Shown: piece after piece, positions 1 to 14,926 of the stretch | How the letters are laid out: every line of letters begins with the position of its first letter | Numbering within the stretch: position 1 is the first letter of the stretch | Source: Lytechinus pictus | Lineage: Eukaryota | Assembly: GCF_037042905.1 (NCBI RefSeq) | Contig: NC_087247.1 | Coordinates: 63,187,097-63,251,096, forward strand | Length of the DNA: 64,000 nucleotides | Direction of reading: 5' to 3' | The notes under the pieces: generated by a model | What the model was told of the DNA's origin: nothing | The model's database searches: none | What the model saw: only the letters and a program-made list of their open reading frames with translations | Made by a program: the position numbers and the translations under genes

Positions 1-589
1 TGAATTTCTTGCATTTAGAACAAGAAAAGGTAAAAACATGTGTGATTTAATTACATTATGAACAAAACAGAATTTGTTTTAAATCACATAAAACTGATGA
101 TACAGACAACTTTCATTGGTTGGGAATGAATAAATTTTTTTTTAATGTTAAAACTTCAACTAACCTTAACAATATTTTTTTCCAATCCTGATGACTAACT
201 CATGCAGAGTGATCAGTCACACACGATACTGCCTGTGGTCTGTAGCTCTGTGTATATTAATCATTGTAACAGAGTCTCTATTAAGTACTGGGTTAATCAA
301 TTTAATCCAAAGTGATTCTTTCACTTTCTTTTTTAGAAGTTACATGCACTTTCAAAGTCAATTATTCGGTTGTCATTCCATCCATTATAGCGACTCGTAT
401 TAAGGGCGTGTTCTGCTACAGATGAATGGGATGGATTGTACAAACTGAGGACTCTATTATAGGGGCGATTCCTGCTTTCGCCATTAGGGGGGGGGGCGTC
501 AAAAGATTACCCATATTTTCCCCGATCGGCCTTTTAAAGTAAATTTTCTTAGTTTTCTGAAGGGGTAGTCCTAACAGTCACTTCTTAGC

Positions 590-1130
590 TTTATTGTTAT
601 AAAACAACATAAATACATAATAATCTCATATGAGCCCTAATTGAATAGTGCGAGCGCGAAGCACGAGCAATTTCTTTTGGAAATTTCATGTATTTTTTCC
701 TTAAAATTAAACATTCTAAGCAATGTTTGTGATCCTGAAAAAGATGCATATGTAACTAAATAATTACTGCGAGTGCCGATCGCGAGCAGAAATTTTTAAT
801 ACACGTTCTGGACTGATCGAAAATGGACCTGTTATAAGGACTGTTTGCAGTTACCCATGAAGACGATACATATTTCAACAATAGTAATGCGAGCGCGAAG
901 CGCGAGCTAAACATTTTTTACATTCCGACCTAAAAACGGGAAATTCTAAGCACCTTTTGTGAGCATGATCATGATAGATTTATAACTACATGTAAACAAT
1001 TGATGCAAGCGCGGAGCACGAGCGGAAAAAAATTGAGATTTAGACCTAAAATAGGGACATTCTAATCATGTTTTGTAAATCATGAAAAGGGTGAGAAATT
1101 TTTTATATTCTGATCTGAAACTGGTTAATT
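590..1130 (+). repeat. Tandem array (~4 units, ~120 bp period) of satellite with GC-rich core tgcgagcgcgaagc(a/g)cgagc followed by ...ttc(c/t)gacctaaaa..gga.attctaa...
   Basis: Core motif recurs at ~644, 770, 886, 1005 with conserved flanks. Related single units occur at 1340-1372, 1606-1640, 2555-2585 and 3480-3620. Confidence 0.8.
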
Positions 1131-2889
1131 TAAGTATACGTTTTAAATAAAGAAGCTGCGTATCTCAATAAATAAGCATTCGCGTGTTTTCAGGGGCATA
1201 ACAGGGGTCGGTGGGGGGGGGGGGGGGCAAGAGCCAAAAATTTCCCTGTCATATGGTTTTCACATGAAATGGCGTGATGAGGCTAAAATTTTGAGGGGAC
1301 CAGATATGGCGTATCGGGCAAAAATTAGTACAAAAAAAGTTGCGAAGGAGCGCAGCGAGCGAGCAAAAAATTATACATTTTTTTATTACGAAAATCCAAT
1401 TTTGTGATAGATCTTGACATAATATTCAGAAAATAATATCATATTTTACCCTTCTCTCTTTCCTTTTCTATTTTTTTCTTGGCCTGTACGCCACTGTGAA
1501 CATGATTTTTTTATGATTGGGCGCATTAGGGTGAAGCTTCATACTTCGCCCTAAAAATAAATGGGGTGCACAGTATGGCGCGTGTGGCAAAAATTTACTT
1601 AATATAAGTCCCGAGCGAGCGAAGCGAGCGAGAAAAATACATCTCTTCATGAGAATCTAACTAAATTTGAAATAGACTTTGAAGTGATATTCCGAAAAAA
1701 TTTCGTATACTTTTGCTTTGCTTTGGGGGGCCATGGTCCAAACCCTTCCACAGAACACTGCTATGCGGATGGTATTCTCTTTGATATTTAAACCATTTTA
1801 AACCTTACAGATGGCCGCTATTTTAAATCAAATCGCATATATAAGCCTTTATAGCTTTCACACAACACACTAATTCAACGCAGTTGCGTGATAATCCAAA
1901 TATTTTAAAGGTCAAGTCCACCTCAGAAAAATGTTGATTTGAATAAATAGAGAAAATCAAACTAGCATAACGCTGAAAATTTCATCAAAATCGGATGTAA
2001 AATAAGAAAGGTATGCCATTCTAAACTTTCGCTTATTTTTTCACAAAACAGTGATATGCACAACTCAGTGATATGCAAATGAGACAGTCGATGATGCCCC
2101 TCACTCACTATTTCTTTTGTTTTTTATTGTTTGAATTATACAATATTTTATTTTTTACAGATTTGACAATGAGGACCAACTTGACTGAACCATATAGTAT
2201 AAAACAAAGCTAATTCCACATGTTCAGGGATAAATTATTTGTTGTATCACTTGACAATGAGGAGAAAATTAGAATATTTCATATATCGTATAATTGAATA
2301 CAAAATAAATAGTGAGTGGATGACGTTATCGGTTTCCTCATTTGCATACCGACCAGGATGTAAATATAACTGTTTTGTGAAGTTAAGCAAAGCTTTAAAA
2401 TGTCATAACTTTCTTATTTTACATCCGATTTTGATGAAATTTTCAGTGTTATGCTTGTTGGATTTTTCTCTTCTTATTCAAATAAACTTTTTGATGGGGT
2501 TGACTTGTCCTTTAAGCGGGCAAACCATATGAAGTGTGGGACAATTTGTAAAAAGTCACCTGCGAGCGAAGCGACCCAGAAAGAAAAATAGCCTTTTGAA
2601 ATGAAATTCTAATTATGTGATAGCTTTTTACATCGTAGCAAATAACATGTAATATTTCATTGTTTTCCATTCATTTCATTTGGTTGCCTCGTTTATTTCC
2701 TTTTATTTCCCCTTGGCCTTGGAACCACCCTCCCCTTGTACGCCAGTGCTTCAACGCGAATCTTAATGCAGGAAGGGTCCATACAGTGGCCCTGTAATGG
2801 AGCCCTTTGAAGGTAACAGATATAGAGCCCGCACTGCAGAGTCCCCGCGGTAGCTTTGGAGATTTAGAAAGCTTGATAGACTTCATATA

Positions 2890-3440
<551 letters not shown>

Positions 3441-3699
3441 CGCCAGCTTGCCCCCCGCCTGTTACGCTACTGCGCTGCGTGTTTTAGATTTAGACCTAGA
3501 ATCTGGGCATTCTAAATACATTTCTTTTATTATGAAAATCAATAATGCGAGCGCGAAGGGCGAGCTGAAAAAATTGATTTCCGATCTGAAAAAGAGTCAA
3601 TTTAAGCACAATTTCAAGCACTGTGTAGGGAAGTTATGAAGTGAATAAAGCTCGCACAGACAATCTTCCTGTCCATGATGACCCGTTTGTAGGTCTAAA

Positions 3700-4340
3700 T
3701 TGCCACCAAAAATCAGTTCGCGCTTCGCGCTGTCATCATTTATTGTAACATCAATATCCTCTTCATAATGTGCCTATATGATAAACAGTACTTAACATGT
3801 TCCCTTTCGGGACTATATGTATTTAAAAAACAACTCGACCTTCAAACTCGCATTGATTTTTTTTATTTTAATGAGTATATCGTTCTTTATTTGAGAACGT
3901 GCTTGAAATATACACTTTTCAGATTTAAGAAAAATCAGCTCTCGCCTCCCGCTCACATCATTTATTCTTTTCATGATAATAAAAGTCGAGTAGAATTTTC
4001 AGGAATATACCGTAAAAAATCACACACGCTTTGCGTCTGGAATACTAGTTTAACGGATTCATATCTCGTTCTTTATTAAAAACGTCCTAAATCTTTTCTT
4101 TCTTTCTTCAGATCGGAATATCAAAATATTTCTGTTCGCTCACATACTGTTAAAATGTCAAGTTTTCAAATTATCGACAATTTCCAGCTCGTGGTTCTCG
4201 CTCGCATTAGGCCTATTTTGTTAATGAGATATGTATCTTCCTCATGAGCCACTGCCAACCTGTCATGGTCTTAAACATGTCACTTTTCAGGTCAGTCTTT
4301 TCCAAATTTCTACTCGCGCTTCGCGCTCGCATTATTTATT
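3700..4340 (-). repeat. Four dispersed reverse-orientation units of the tgcgagcgcgaagcgcgagc satellite
   Basis: gctcgcgcttcgcgctcgca-type cores at ~3720-3745, 3935-3960, 4190-4215 and 4310-4335, with the same flanks in reverse complement. Confidence 0.7.
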
Positions 4341-4811
4341 TGTATATGGATACAAATATTTCGCCGTCACCTCCTATTGACGATAGTTGGATCCACCCCT
4401 GGAAGTAAAGGAATTCAACATAGGTACAGGCCTGATCATAAACTAGAAAGGTCAAAATTTTGACAATGATTTTAAATGAAAGGACAATGAATCATAAATA
4501 CATCTTACAATTTCATAATCTTTGGATGGATCACGCGACGAATCAAATAATTTGCTAAATGAAACTAACTAGTAATCTCGATAAATAGCAACTTTTGGAG
4601 AAGCTCGTTTGCCTTTTCCTGCCATGCGTATTCAAAGATAATCCAGTGTATTTTGGAACCAGATATGAATAACATATGTTGCGTTTGGTGAGCTGAAAGG
4701 GGGCTATTATGTGTAGGGTGTAGAATTTGTGGCGCACAGGTTTCACTGCCCATGTTAATCATTAATTAAAGAGCAGAGAACGTTTGGCTGGAAAAAGGAC
4801 AGTTGTTGATA

Positions 4812-4868
4812 AAAAAAACTTGGGTGGTGAGAGGATGCATTGCCCATACAGGGAATACATCCTCTCAC
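4812..4868. repeat. Near-perfect palindrome (ggtgagaggatgcatt...atacatcctctcacc) flanked by A8 and T7
   Basis: The two halves are reverse complements and form a ~20-bp stem hairpin. A MITE-like or foldback remnant is possible. Confidence 0.6.
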
Positions 4869-5522
4869 CTTGTGTTTTTTTAGATTGGAAGTGAATGTTG
4901 GGGCATTTAGTGTACTCACTTTAGTTGGAGATGTTTATGTGTGGATGTGTCCGAAGTCCTACCCTGCCTGCTAAGTGCTAAGTTAGTGGTGGGCGCATGG
5001 GTGAGGATCGGCCGAGGCAGGTGCGCGCGCCTGCCCCAATCGCCTAGCCCTAGCTTAAACAAATTCCAATCTTATCAACTAAAAACTTTTCCTACAGGAT
5101 AATTTTTGACCGCTTTTTCTGGTAGTGATATCAGATTTTCACGATATTAAGTACTTTCTGAGATATACGACCGTCCACGACACACGTCACACGACCATAC
5201 TTTTCACTTACCCATCATCCTGAATAATACGGCAAACAATGTCAATGATGACCCACACATATGCGATATGCAGTGTGCACATATGTGATGCACTAAATAT
5301 AGCTGCGTTTTATTTTCCGAATATTTCCGAATAAAAAACGTGTACGATGATCAAAACGAACAAGATAATTCTCAAATCGGAAAGTACCCGAAAGCAACAA
5401 AACCTCTGTACCCGGGGGACGTTGTTTACACTATGAGAAAACCTACTAAAAACAACAATGCCTGAGTATTTATTGAAAATAAAGAATAATAAATTAGTTG
5501 CTATTGATACACATTCTTTTGT

Positions 5523-5723
5523 ACGCACATATATCGCCCGACGATGAAACTTAAACTGGCTTTACGAGTTTTCTTGGACAATCATGTTGTGCATCTTTGA
5601 AAGGAAGTGGCTCCCCCCGAACGTATTATCGCCCGACGATGAAACTTAAACCGGCTTTACGAGTTTTCTTGGACAATCATGTTGTGCATCTTTGAAAGGA
5701 AGTGGCTCCCCCCGAACGTATTA
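5523..5723 (+). repeat. Direct tandem duplication, 2 x ~104 bp (tatcgcccgacgatgaaacttaaac...ccccccgaacgtat)
   Basis: The two copies differ at only 1-2 positions, so the duplication is recent. Confidence 0.95.
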
Positions 5724-8624
5724 TGGTACAGGGGTAAAAAATAAACGTCATCAATCACGTGACATATATAATAAAAAAACGTATTTTCTTTGTAATCAGT
5801 TTCAACTTTTTTAATTTCAAGTCAGTGATATGTAAGTTAAACCATTAAGTGTTGTAATCATGTATTTCCCTCCAAAATGAAAAATGCCAACATAAAAAAC
5901 GAGCGTTTTTTAGTGACGACAAAGATTCTGTTACCGAAAGTTAATGAAATGTTCCGAAAAAGCTTAAGATGTGAAGAGCGCCGCACACGGCGTTCCAGGA
6001 ACAAGGCGTCCAGATGAAGAGAGTTGGCCATCAATGCTTCTATATATACCTGATCATGAAAAGAGAACTCCCATATGTTCATTGGTTTTTTTTACTGGTG
6101 TCGTTCATGGCCGAATAAATTGATGCCAAATACAACATGCACGGTTACAATTTTTGCACTATTTTGAAAAATCGGTAACTGAGGCGTCTCAGTTTTACAC
6201 TTCAGAAAAGCGTTTGTCACATTTTTTTCATTGACAAAGTCTACAAAAGTGCTAATTAAAAGAGCAACGGGATAAGTCAGCTCAGACATTAGTGAAACAA
6301 TTCATCTAACTATTTCTTAAATTTTAAATTAAAAAAAAAAGACAGAAAAATGATTCGCACAGTCTGTAGTCTTCAACATCCGTACATTCGGTCATTAAAA
6401 AAACATTAGGGATGCAATGTTTTCAGGGGAAAAAATTGCATTCCCCTTGCAATTGCAGGTAAATTAATGTTCTTCATTTGATATTAATATTTAATATTCA
6501 CTATTATAATCATATAATCACTTTATATCATATGTTTCTTCAGAAAACATATTTGTTGTGTCGATTGTGCCAAAAAATGGTTTTGAGCCATCAAAATGAA
6601 TAGTATCGAATTCCAATATAAAACTCAATTCTTAAAATATCTCCTAGTACACATGATGAATAAGGGCCATTCCACGGTCAGCCGCATTAAACTTTTACAT
6701 GTCTTTTTTAATACTTGGTGCTGTCAGATTTACAGGGGTGAGTCTTTCTGTCAGGTTTATGCTGTCAATTTATCGGGACAATCGAGGCTTTAATACAGAA
6801 TGGGTGTATAGGCTGTATATCGTGGACGCCTTGACGACCCCAAAATTGGTCAGTCGCATTACACAAAAGGACATGGAAAATACGTGACTGATTACTTTTT
6901 AATAGTTTTTTTAATCAAAACACTTGTACCAATTTCAATACCTGCAAAAAATTACTTACATAGAAGTGTCAAATAAAACATTTGAATTTGGAAAGCAACT
7001 TTGAGTTTCTCTTGTCGATAGACAAACTACGGTCAGTCGCATTACTCTTTGTCCGGCACCATGACATTTTTTTACCTTTCCCGCAACTTATTTTTGAAAA
7101 TTTTCTTTTAATAATTATGATGTAAAATGATGACCTTCATATTATCCAACAAAAACAATCAGTTTCTGTTAAATTGAAATTAAGTAAATTATGTAGTCCC
7201 ATGTATATATTTGTTGTATTGTTCGGATTCTCCTATATGGAGATGCGTATGAAAAAAATTGATGCTAATTATGATCCCCCTTTGCATTTATGAATTTCCA
7301 TGTGAGTTTTAATATGAAATATTGATCCAGATTAAAAATAGAGCCAATATGATTTTTTTGAAAATGTCCACTTTTGCTTGGAATCGCCCATAGACAATAA
7401 CCAGAATTTAAACATACGATTTAAGCCAATGAAAAGTAAACGTTTTATTTTTTTGTTTACTTTACTTGTTTTATGCTGAATTATAGAAATGACAAAATAT
7501 TCGGTAGTTATGGAATAGACACAGCATCATGTTTCAAGATTTTCTCGTCAAATTGTGGCGTTTCTTCGAATAAACACGATTACTTACTTTTCAAAACTTA
7601 ACCTGGATTAATGATTATCTGAATGCAATAGCGTATGCAGAATGCACGATGCCAACATTCTTGCTTAAGATGAAAATGTCCACGATTAAATTCTTTTGAT
7701 TTCATCGATTGATTAATGGAAGTTTTCCATCCCAACTATTGGAATATCTCCAGATAACAAAATATCAAAACCGAATGATAATGGAAATTTTATTTCTTAC
7801 CGAAGTTGTCATGGTTCCGACGACACATGAGACATTGAAAGTTGTAAGAACATCAGCAAGTAATTGTATCTTTTGCATATTGACATGGCAAACACAATTT
7901 TGTCAGTGCCGTCCGTCAATTACTTGTCTTTAAAATAATCATTTGGCAGCGTTTCCGATTACGAAATTAAAATGTTACTTAGTATTTTTCCGTTTTCTCT
8001 GGTGTGAAATCTTCGATTCTCCCTCCCCACAAAATTCATTATTAATTTTGTATCAAACTATAAGAGACATTTAACTTGTTTATCAGGGTTAGAACAAGGG
8101 AGAGAGCAATCTATATCAACCTTGTCATTCAGTTGACCAAGAACATAATGTCGCATTTTAGTTGCCTAGCTCCCTAACTTCTTTCTTCTTTGAGATTTAT
8201 GTTTTATGCTAAATATTTATCATGTTAATTGTCGAAAAGTTATTCTGAAATTGATATTTACTTCAATTCTTGTAGGATTATGAATTTATTGATATCTGGA
8301 TTAATAATAAGTCATGCCTTAATTTGACACGAATCGAATGTTACGACACATCAAATATTAAATACCTCGTGATTTTCAAGCATGTCCACCTACCACATTA
8401 AATGCTATCAAACTACATGTACTTGTAAGAAGATATTTTTAAGATATACATGTATACAACTTTTGTAGGCTCATAACGAATAATATTCTTCATTAAATTG
8501 AACATTGCTTGGCGCTCAGCATTTAGATTGGAGAAAGCTAATAATAACATACTATGTTATGCAGGGCCCGCTGGTAGAGCATTTTCCCAACTTAAGTGGC
8601 TACCCTGGGTAAATGAAACGTTAA

Positions 8625-8765
8625 TAAAATACTAATAATGATAATCATAATGATGATGATAATAACAGCAATAATGGTAATAATAATACTAATTACTACT
8701 ATTGCTATTATTATCCTTATTATTATTATTATTCGCACATAATAGTAATAATAAACATAATAATA
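8625..8765. repeat. AT-rich minisatellite (ATAATA / ATTATT variants)
   Basis: Direct reading. ORF 8592-8813 is an artefact of this repeat. Confidence 0.85.
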
Positions 8766-11520
8766 TACATTAGTATGTTTATAACCTGTTATTCTAGCAA
8801 TTCCCCAATACAATTTTCATTGATAAAATAATCGAATTCTTAACGAGAAAGATTTCATCATAAGGGAAAGGCATTGAATTATCGGAATTAAAATAAATAT
8901 CTTTGAAAATTAGTATTAAAAAAAAAAAATTGCAATTCCACGGTGTTTAAAATCATCATGTGACGCCCACTTTTACCATCATCCTATGATTACATTTAAG
9001 ATTAATGAAAAACTAGTTTAATAGTGTACACTCAATGTTAAGACATTCTTACTATTCATGAAAAACATTGAACTTCTGAATTTTTACGAAAAAGTGGTTT
9101 CAGAGTTTATTTCTTTTAAACACGTGATAGGCATACAGACTTTCAATTCATTTGCCGTACTATAAATAGAGCATTGTAGCTTAAATACATTGCTCGGGGC
9201 ATATAAATAATGTGATACAAACCCAGACTTTAATTTTTATATTCAGGCGCCTTGGACCACTCGGCCACGACACCTCCATAACTGAAGTGAAACGGGAATA
9301 TACTTGCCATTAGCTATATTACGCGAGCTGTCTGTTGTATCTTCTTTGCTAAGTATCACCCTTCCAAGAATCTAGAATTTCTTAAAAATTAAAATGTTGC
9401 CAATCGTAATTAAGCAAATCATTAGTGACTATTAGGATGTAAAGATTTTTTAATATTAACTTTATACGATATTGGAAAGTTTTCGCACAACTCGGATTGT
9501 GATTAAATCGTAAATTGAGCGGTTTGCCTTTTATACATTGCCATTTTGTAACATTTGGCAGTTTAATCAATCAACACAGAAATGTCGTCAATCCTAAACT
9601 CTGGCTCCTATACCCTGTCGACGTTAAGTTTTAAGGAATGGGAGGTTGGTAGAACCATAGAGACGAATTTGTCCATTTCATACAGATCAGATGGACAGAG
9701 ATAATCAAATTAGAGTCATGATTTGCCGCAACAATAACCCAATTAATGTCTCAAGTTTCTTCCTCTTGGGATATGAAGGCGATCGTACTTTATCATCCAC
9801 AGTAAAAAGAAAGATTTATAATGAAACTCAACACTAGGACGGTTTTATACTGATTACTTTGGCGAATGTTAAGAAGTGAAGAACCATTTATATTCACAGA
9901 CCCTTTTTTGTAAAATGCTCGAAATTACCGCAAATTCAGTTAGAAGTTGAACATAATATCAGATCATGGGATACAATTACAAATTATTTGTCCCCGCTCA
10001 AATTGTTTGTACTATAATTAGGGACGTATGACAGCCATTTATCACATATTTCTTTAGCAATCATGTTTCCAGACAGTAGGCCTACTTAACTTGTGTATGA
10101 CGATTACATGCACTTTAGTGCTCTCTATCATGTCTATTGTGAAAACTATTTTTCGTCCGTTCATATTGTACATAATAGAGTAGACCTATTATTCAGGGTT
10201 CTATGGCAGCCACTTTGAATATCAAGGAAATAATTATTTTGTAAAAGCAAAGTGTTTTCAGACATTATTTCACCATTGGGTCACAACTGCGGGCATTTTA
10301 AAGTCAATGTGTGTGCAATCGGATTTTCATGGACAATTCACATATTTCAGAGGCCATATTGGCACCCTTGAATTGACATGAAACCATCAAAACATATCAG
10401 GTCTTGCCTCCTCTATTACTATTACCACACCCTGACCGGGTATTATCTTTTAGTGGCGCTAGGTAATTTGGGATTTGCCATTTTGTTCTGTGTTCACATC
10501 TGTCATTATGTAATATGTAATTACATATGTTTCTGAGATGGGAGCTTTCGCAATAATTAAACCTATGACACCGTCACTTGAGAGGAAATGTTATATGTGT
10601 CAGAGATTGAAGTCATGCTCGAGTGGCATTACTTTCACCCCTTCATCCTTCAGTTGGAGTTATTACCCCTGACTCCTATTTGTGACAGCGATTGCGGGTG
10701 ATCTGTCTTTTCTTAAACATTAACATATTATTTTATCTGATTTTTCATTCCAAATAAACTAACTCATTTGATGATTTTGATACTATTAAGTGTTAAATCA
10801 CCGACAAAAAACTAAAAGTAAGAGTATTCATGTCACCGATGAGGGATTGAAATCGGAGCTAATAGTAGTCTGATTTATAGCCATGTCTAATATATTTTCT
10901 AATTACGTGGCGTTGATTTCTTATATCTTGTTAAAGCCCTCGTGGGACCTTACTGTGAAATCTAATATCTTTAAACAAACACAATGGCACTAGTAAGTCA
11001 TCGTTGCATCCAACGTGTCTTTAACCGAGCTTCAAAAAATGTTTTAAGATGACCCATTCATCAAGTTTATATTTTATTCAAAACCTTAATGTCAATCAGG
11101 TATGGCCTTTTTTAGTGGAGAATACTCACTCAAGTGAAAGAAAGTCGTCCGCTATAATGATTTCTATGATGATGTAGGCCTAATAGAGGAAAGTTAAACA
11201 TAATTATGATCCTACATTGTTTTAATTATATTTTCAAACATGATCAAAAAGTAGAAAATATTCATTATGCTCTGAGAACAAAATACATGTATTAGTCATT
11301 ATAATTCAATTACAGGCTGTAATGATCTGTTTAACTAAATGGAATGTGTCTAATACAGCCCCGCTTTTTAAAATGTTTCGGGGAATTACGACGGTGAAAA
11401 GGCTCCCATGAGCATGCAAGAACACGCCACATCTGGTCATGAATTAAATCAAATTTGCAAGGCATGAAATTAGAACTTATACATCACTGATGGTTTAAAT
11501 TCACCTTGACTGACTGCATT

Positions 11521-11640
11521 GAACACACCCACTTCTCTCTCTCTCACACACACACATACATACACACCCACATAGAGTATACCTCCAACACACCCCCTCT
11601 CTCTGACACACACATATACACTCTCACAGAGTATATGCCT
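11521..11640. repeat. (CA)n / CACACA-rich imperfect microsatellite
   Basis: ctctctctcacacacacacatacatacacaccc...ctgacacacacatatacactctcac. Confidence 0.8.
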
Positions 11641-14396
11641 TCATGAATCTATTTTCAATTTTTAGAGGGTGTTTGACAACAAGTTATTTCAATATGTGGA
11701 AAATAATTTACATTTCGATCTGATTGCCGCATGTTACAACCAGTGTATATCCCCAATTCGTTATTGTGAAAGCATTAAGTTGGAGTAATGAGCCATCTTA
11801 ATTACAAATACAAATGACTATAAATTGGCCACACATGCATATTCTAAAAATTGCAACTTCCAATTAATTGTTCATTGCTCATCGGGATGAGATGGTACTT
11901 GATCGGTGTGTTGTGCAAAAGGTGCGACACCGAAATAAATCTTAGGCATAATTTTTATGGAAGGGATTTGATGCCATTTCCACCAATTTAGGTGAATTAG
12001 TGAAGATTAAGTCTATGGTAGCCGAGAGTAATACCATACCGAAAATGCTCAAAAAGAAGCCCCACATATCTGACGTCAAGTTGGTATTAATAAAAACATT
12101 GACCAAATCCATCACAGAATAACAGGGTTATCGATTTCACAGTTGTTAATTTGGTGAAATTACATGCGACCAGCTCCTATATTATATAATTAAATCAATG
12201 TATACCGTATTATATATATGTATTTTCGACTGTATGATGATGGGATACATTGTAATATAATTATGGGTCTGATTATTGATGAACAGGTAAAAAGATTCGC
12301 AAGTTTCTAGTATAATTAAATATTACACAATTACTAACTATTCCATGATATTTTAATGGAGCCGTTCGCATGCAGGGACACAATCTTTATCATGTAACTT
12401 AAGATCCATATCTCAGAAATTCATGAAAGGATTTTTGCCACCCTTCATTGATAGATTTATTCCTTTTCCTTCTTTATTACTAAAACCAACTTAAAGTCAA
12501 CTTAGACGTGCAATTTATCTTTAAATATCCGATACTTGATAAGTGTTTACATGAGAAATAAACTTTGGATTCGATTTCAAATAGAAATATCATCTGATGA
12601 CAATGGTTCAATGTGGGATTTCTTCTGTCAAATAGATGCAAGTCTACATCCTTATAAAGATTCAGTATGTACGACTTTAACTTTAATGAGAAGGAATGCG
12701 TATAAAACCGACTACTTTCTAGCGCTCAGAAACTTTAAAAAAAAAATCTAAAATAAAATGAATAGTCGGCCCTAGGCCCTTATTAATTTGAAAGAAAGAA
12801 AAATTCGGTCATAAACCAATATTTTACAAACAGGAAAATAAAAGTAATCGTAACATCATTACAGATAATTTACCGTTCATCATAAGGTTACAGTTACCTG
12901 ACATTATTGTGCTCTTTGCAGAGTGAGGGTTTTTATGCAAAACGTGATGGGTTACGTTCAAGGGCGATTATAAAAGCTTTCTGAGCCACCCGATGGTTTG
13001 AAAGTATTAGAGGGCAGGTAATTATCTCATTATGATAATATTGGAAGTGTCGTAAAAAAGGATGTTTCGATTATGAAATAAGTGTAACACTTCAGGTTAA
13101 TGATCAACGAGAATTATTCATTGGTATCTGTCGCCTAACCATTATCACATCAGAGCGCTGTCATACAAATCCTGAGTTATGTATTTACATCCAAAATTAA
13201 CGCGATGGACCTTAATAGTTAAAATTTTACATTATGAATTTGACATACATTACAAGCTTTCAAAACATGAATTCCCGTTTTGAATTTTGCAAACAGGATT
13301 TTCTCATAATGTATGGAGTTCAGATTTATAACGCGATTTAAATCTTTTATTCATGAATTTACTTTTGCTCAGTACTAAATGACTATTATGCTGCAATCAA
13401 TAATATTTTTTTTTTTAATAATGAGATTTAGAAAGCATGATTTATACAGAATTTAATAATTATTCACCGCCAAACCACTATGGTTCAAATTAATAGATAA
13501 AAACGAACATATTTGTGATAAGATTTGCGTGATACCATTGGTAAAATAGTAATCATATATTTATATAAGTTGTATCTTCATTCATAGTTTTTTAAACTAT
13601 ACTCGATATATTCTCGTTCTTAAAAATTTATAGCTTTTTAGGTTATCGTTCAAATGTGAACATTAGTCATATACACAAGATCTGTGATAACAATTCGAAT
13701 TAAAATTAAAATGAGGGGACAAGTGAATTGAAAAGACGAATAGGTTTAATATGAGCTTTTTTGTATTATTTTATTTTATGATCAAGAAACCCCTTTTCAA
13801 GGGCAGAATTATTTAGACTATAGCTGTAAAAGAGGACTGAGCATTTTAAAGACCACCTAAATAGGCGTAGGTCAATGGTAGGTAAATGGATGAACTGGAT
13901 TGACAACCCATCTTTGCAATGTTTAATGTTTTTATGTAATTTTTATCATCACATCATTCGACAATTTATGTTCTAACATAAAACAGTTCGGCGCCTTCAT
14001 TTAGATATTCCATGGAGAAATATAATGGAAATTGTGGCACCATATTGTGTTCTTGCAGACGCCTGCAATATTTACTCATCTATTATGTGCCTTTTTATAA
14101 AGATGGAAAGCAATGTTGGGTGACGAACCATTAATATTTCAAGGCGAAAAAGCTATGACTATGATGGTCGTAGTATTAAACCTTATTACGTAATACCAGT
14201 CATGGTAAGCTCGTTGAAATATACTGTTATGCTAAAAAAAAATTAAATCTGAAAACTGATTAAAGGGGAAACTTAAAATTTGCCGAGATATAAAGACATT
14301 GATGGCAAATACAATGTTTTGCAAGTTTAATTTTGGGTTGAAGAAGAAAATCTGAATTTAATAAACCAATGATTTCGGTAGTACGATTACATACTG

Positions 14397-14399
<3 letters not shown>

Positions 14400-14445
<46 letters not shown>

Positions 14446-14453
14446 ACATGAAA
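14400..14453. repeat. (TA)n microsatellite, ~26 units
   Basis: Direct reading. Confidence 0.95.
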
Positions 14454-14753
14454 AATCCTTAATTTGGATTTATAATAATAGCAATAGAAACAAGAACAAT
14501 AATGATATTAATGATAATAATAACGTAATATTTTACCCAGGGTAGCCACTTCGATAAAGTTATTTGGCTTTCTGAAAGAAATTACGTACAAACTATAAAT
14601 TTGCAGTATTTTAAAACTACTAATATCCAAACATTCCAATATCTATAATGAAAAGGGTTGGTTTAAGAAGATTTGGTAAAATATTAAATGTTAAAATATT
14701 CTTGTAAATTGATATCGAAATGTTTGATAAACCATTCCTATCATTGTTTTAAG

Positions 14754-14926
14754 GAAAAGAGATGGTGGATTATGTGGCTGATTACTTATCAACAATTCGT
14801 TCCCGCCGAACATTACCAGACGTCCAACCTGGATACCTTAAACACCTCATACCAGACCATGCCCCTATACATGGGGATAAGTGGGAAGATATCATGGCTG
14901 ATATTGAAAGGGCCATCATGCCAGGG
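14754..14926 (+). CDS. HDC: Histidine decarboxylase-like (PLP-dependent group II decarboxylase) coding exon: (G/R)KEMVDYVADYLSTIRSRRTLPDVQPGYLKHLIPDHAPIHGDKWEDIMADIERAIMPG
   Basis: Near-identity to the conserved N-terminal block of HDC/DDC (RG+EMVDY..YL..+R.V.PDVQPGYL...P..AP...D....I..D+E..IMPG). The acceptor ttttaag sits at 14752-53 with an in-frame TAA just upstream, and the donor gtaagt is at 14927. The exon starts in phase 1, so at least one more 5-prime exon carrying the first base (and probably the start codon) must lie upstream and was not found. Confidence 0.85.

Noticed and set aside
8592-8813. 73-aa minus-strand ORF (IIIIIRIIIAIVVISIIIT…)
   Set aside because: It translates an ATAATA minisatellite.
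12960-13010. gattataaaagc TATA-box-like sequence with a possible downstream donor (cag|gtaatt), considered as the HDC promoter and first exon
   Set aside because: Every frame reaching the phase-1 donor hits a stop codon (…atggtttga…, …tattagagggcag). A TATAAAAG is expected by chance in DNA this AT-rich. It was not annotated.
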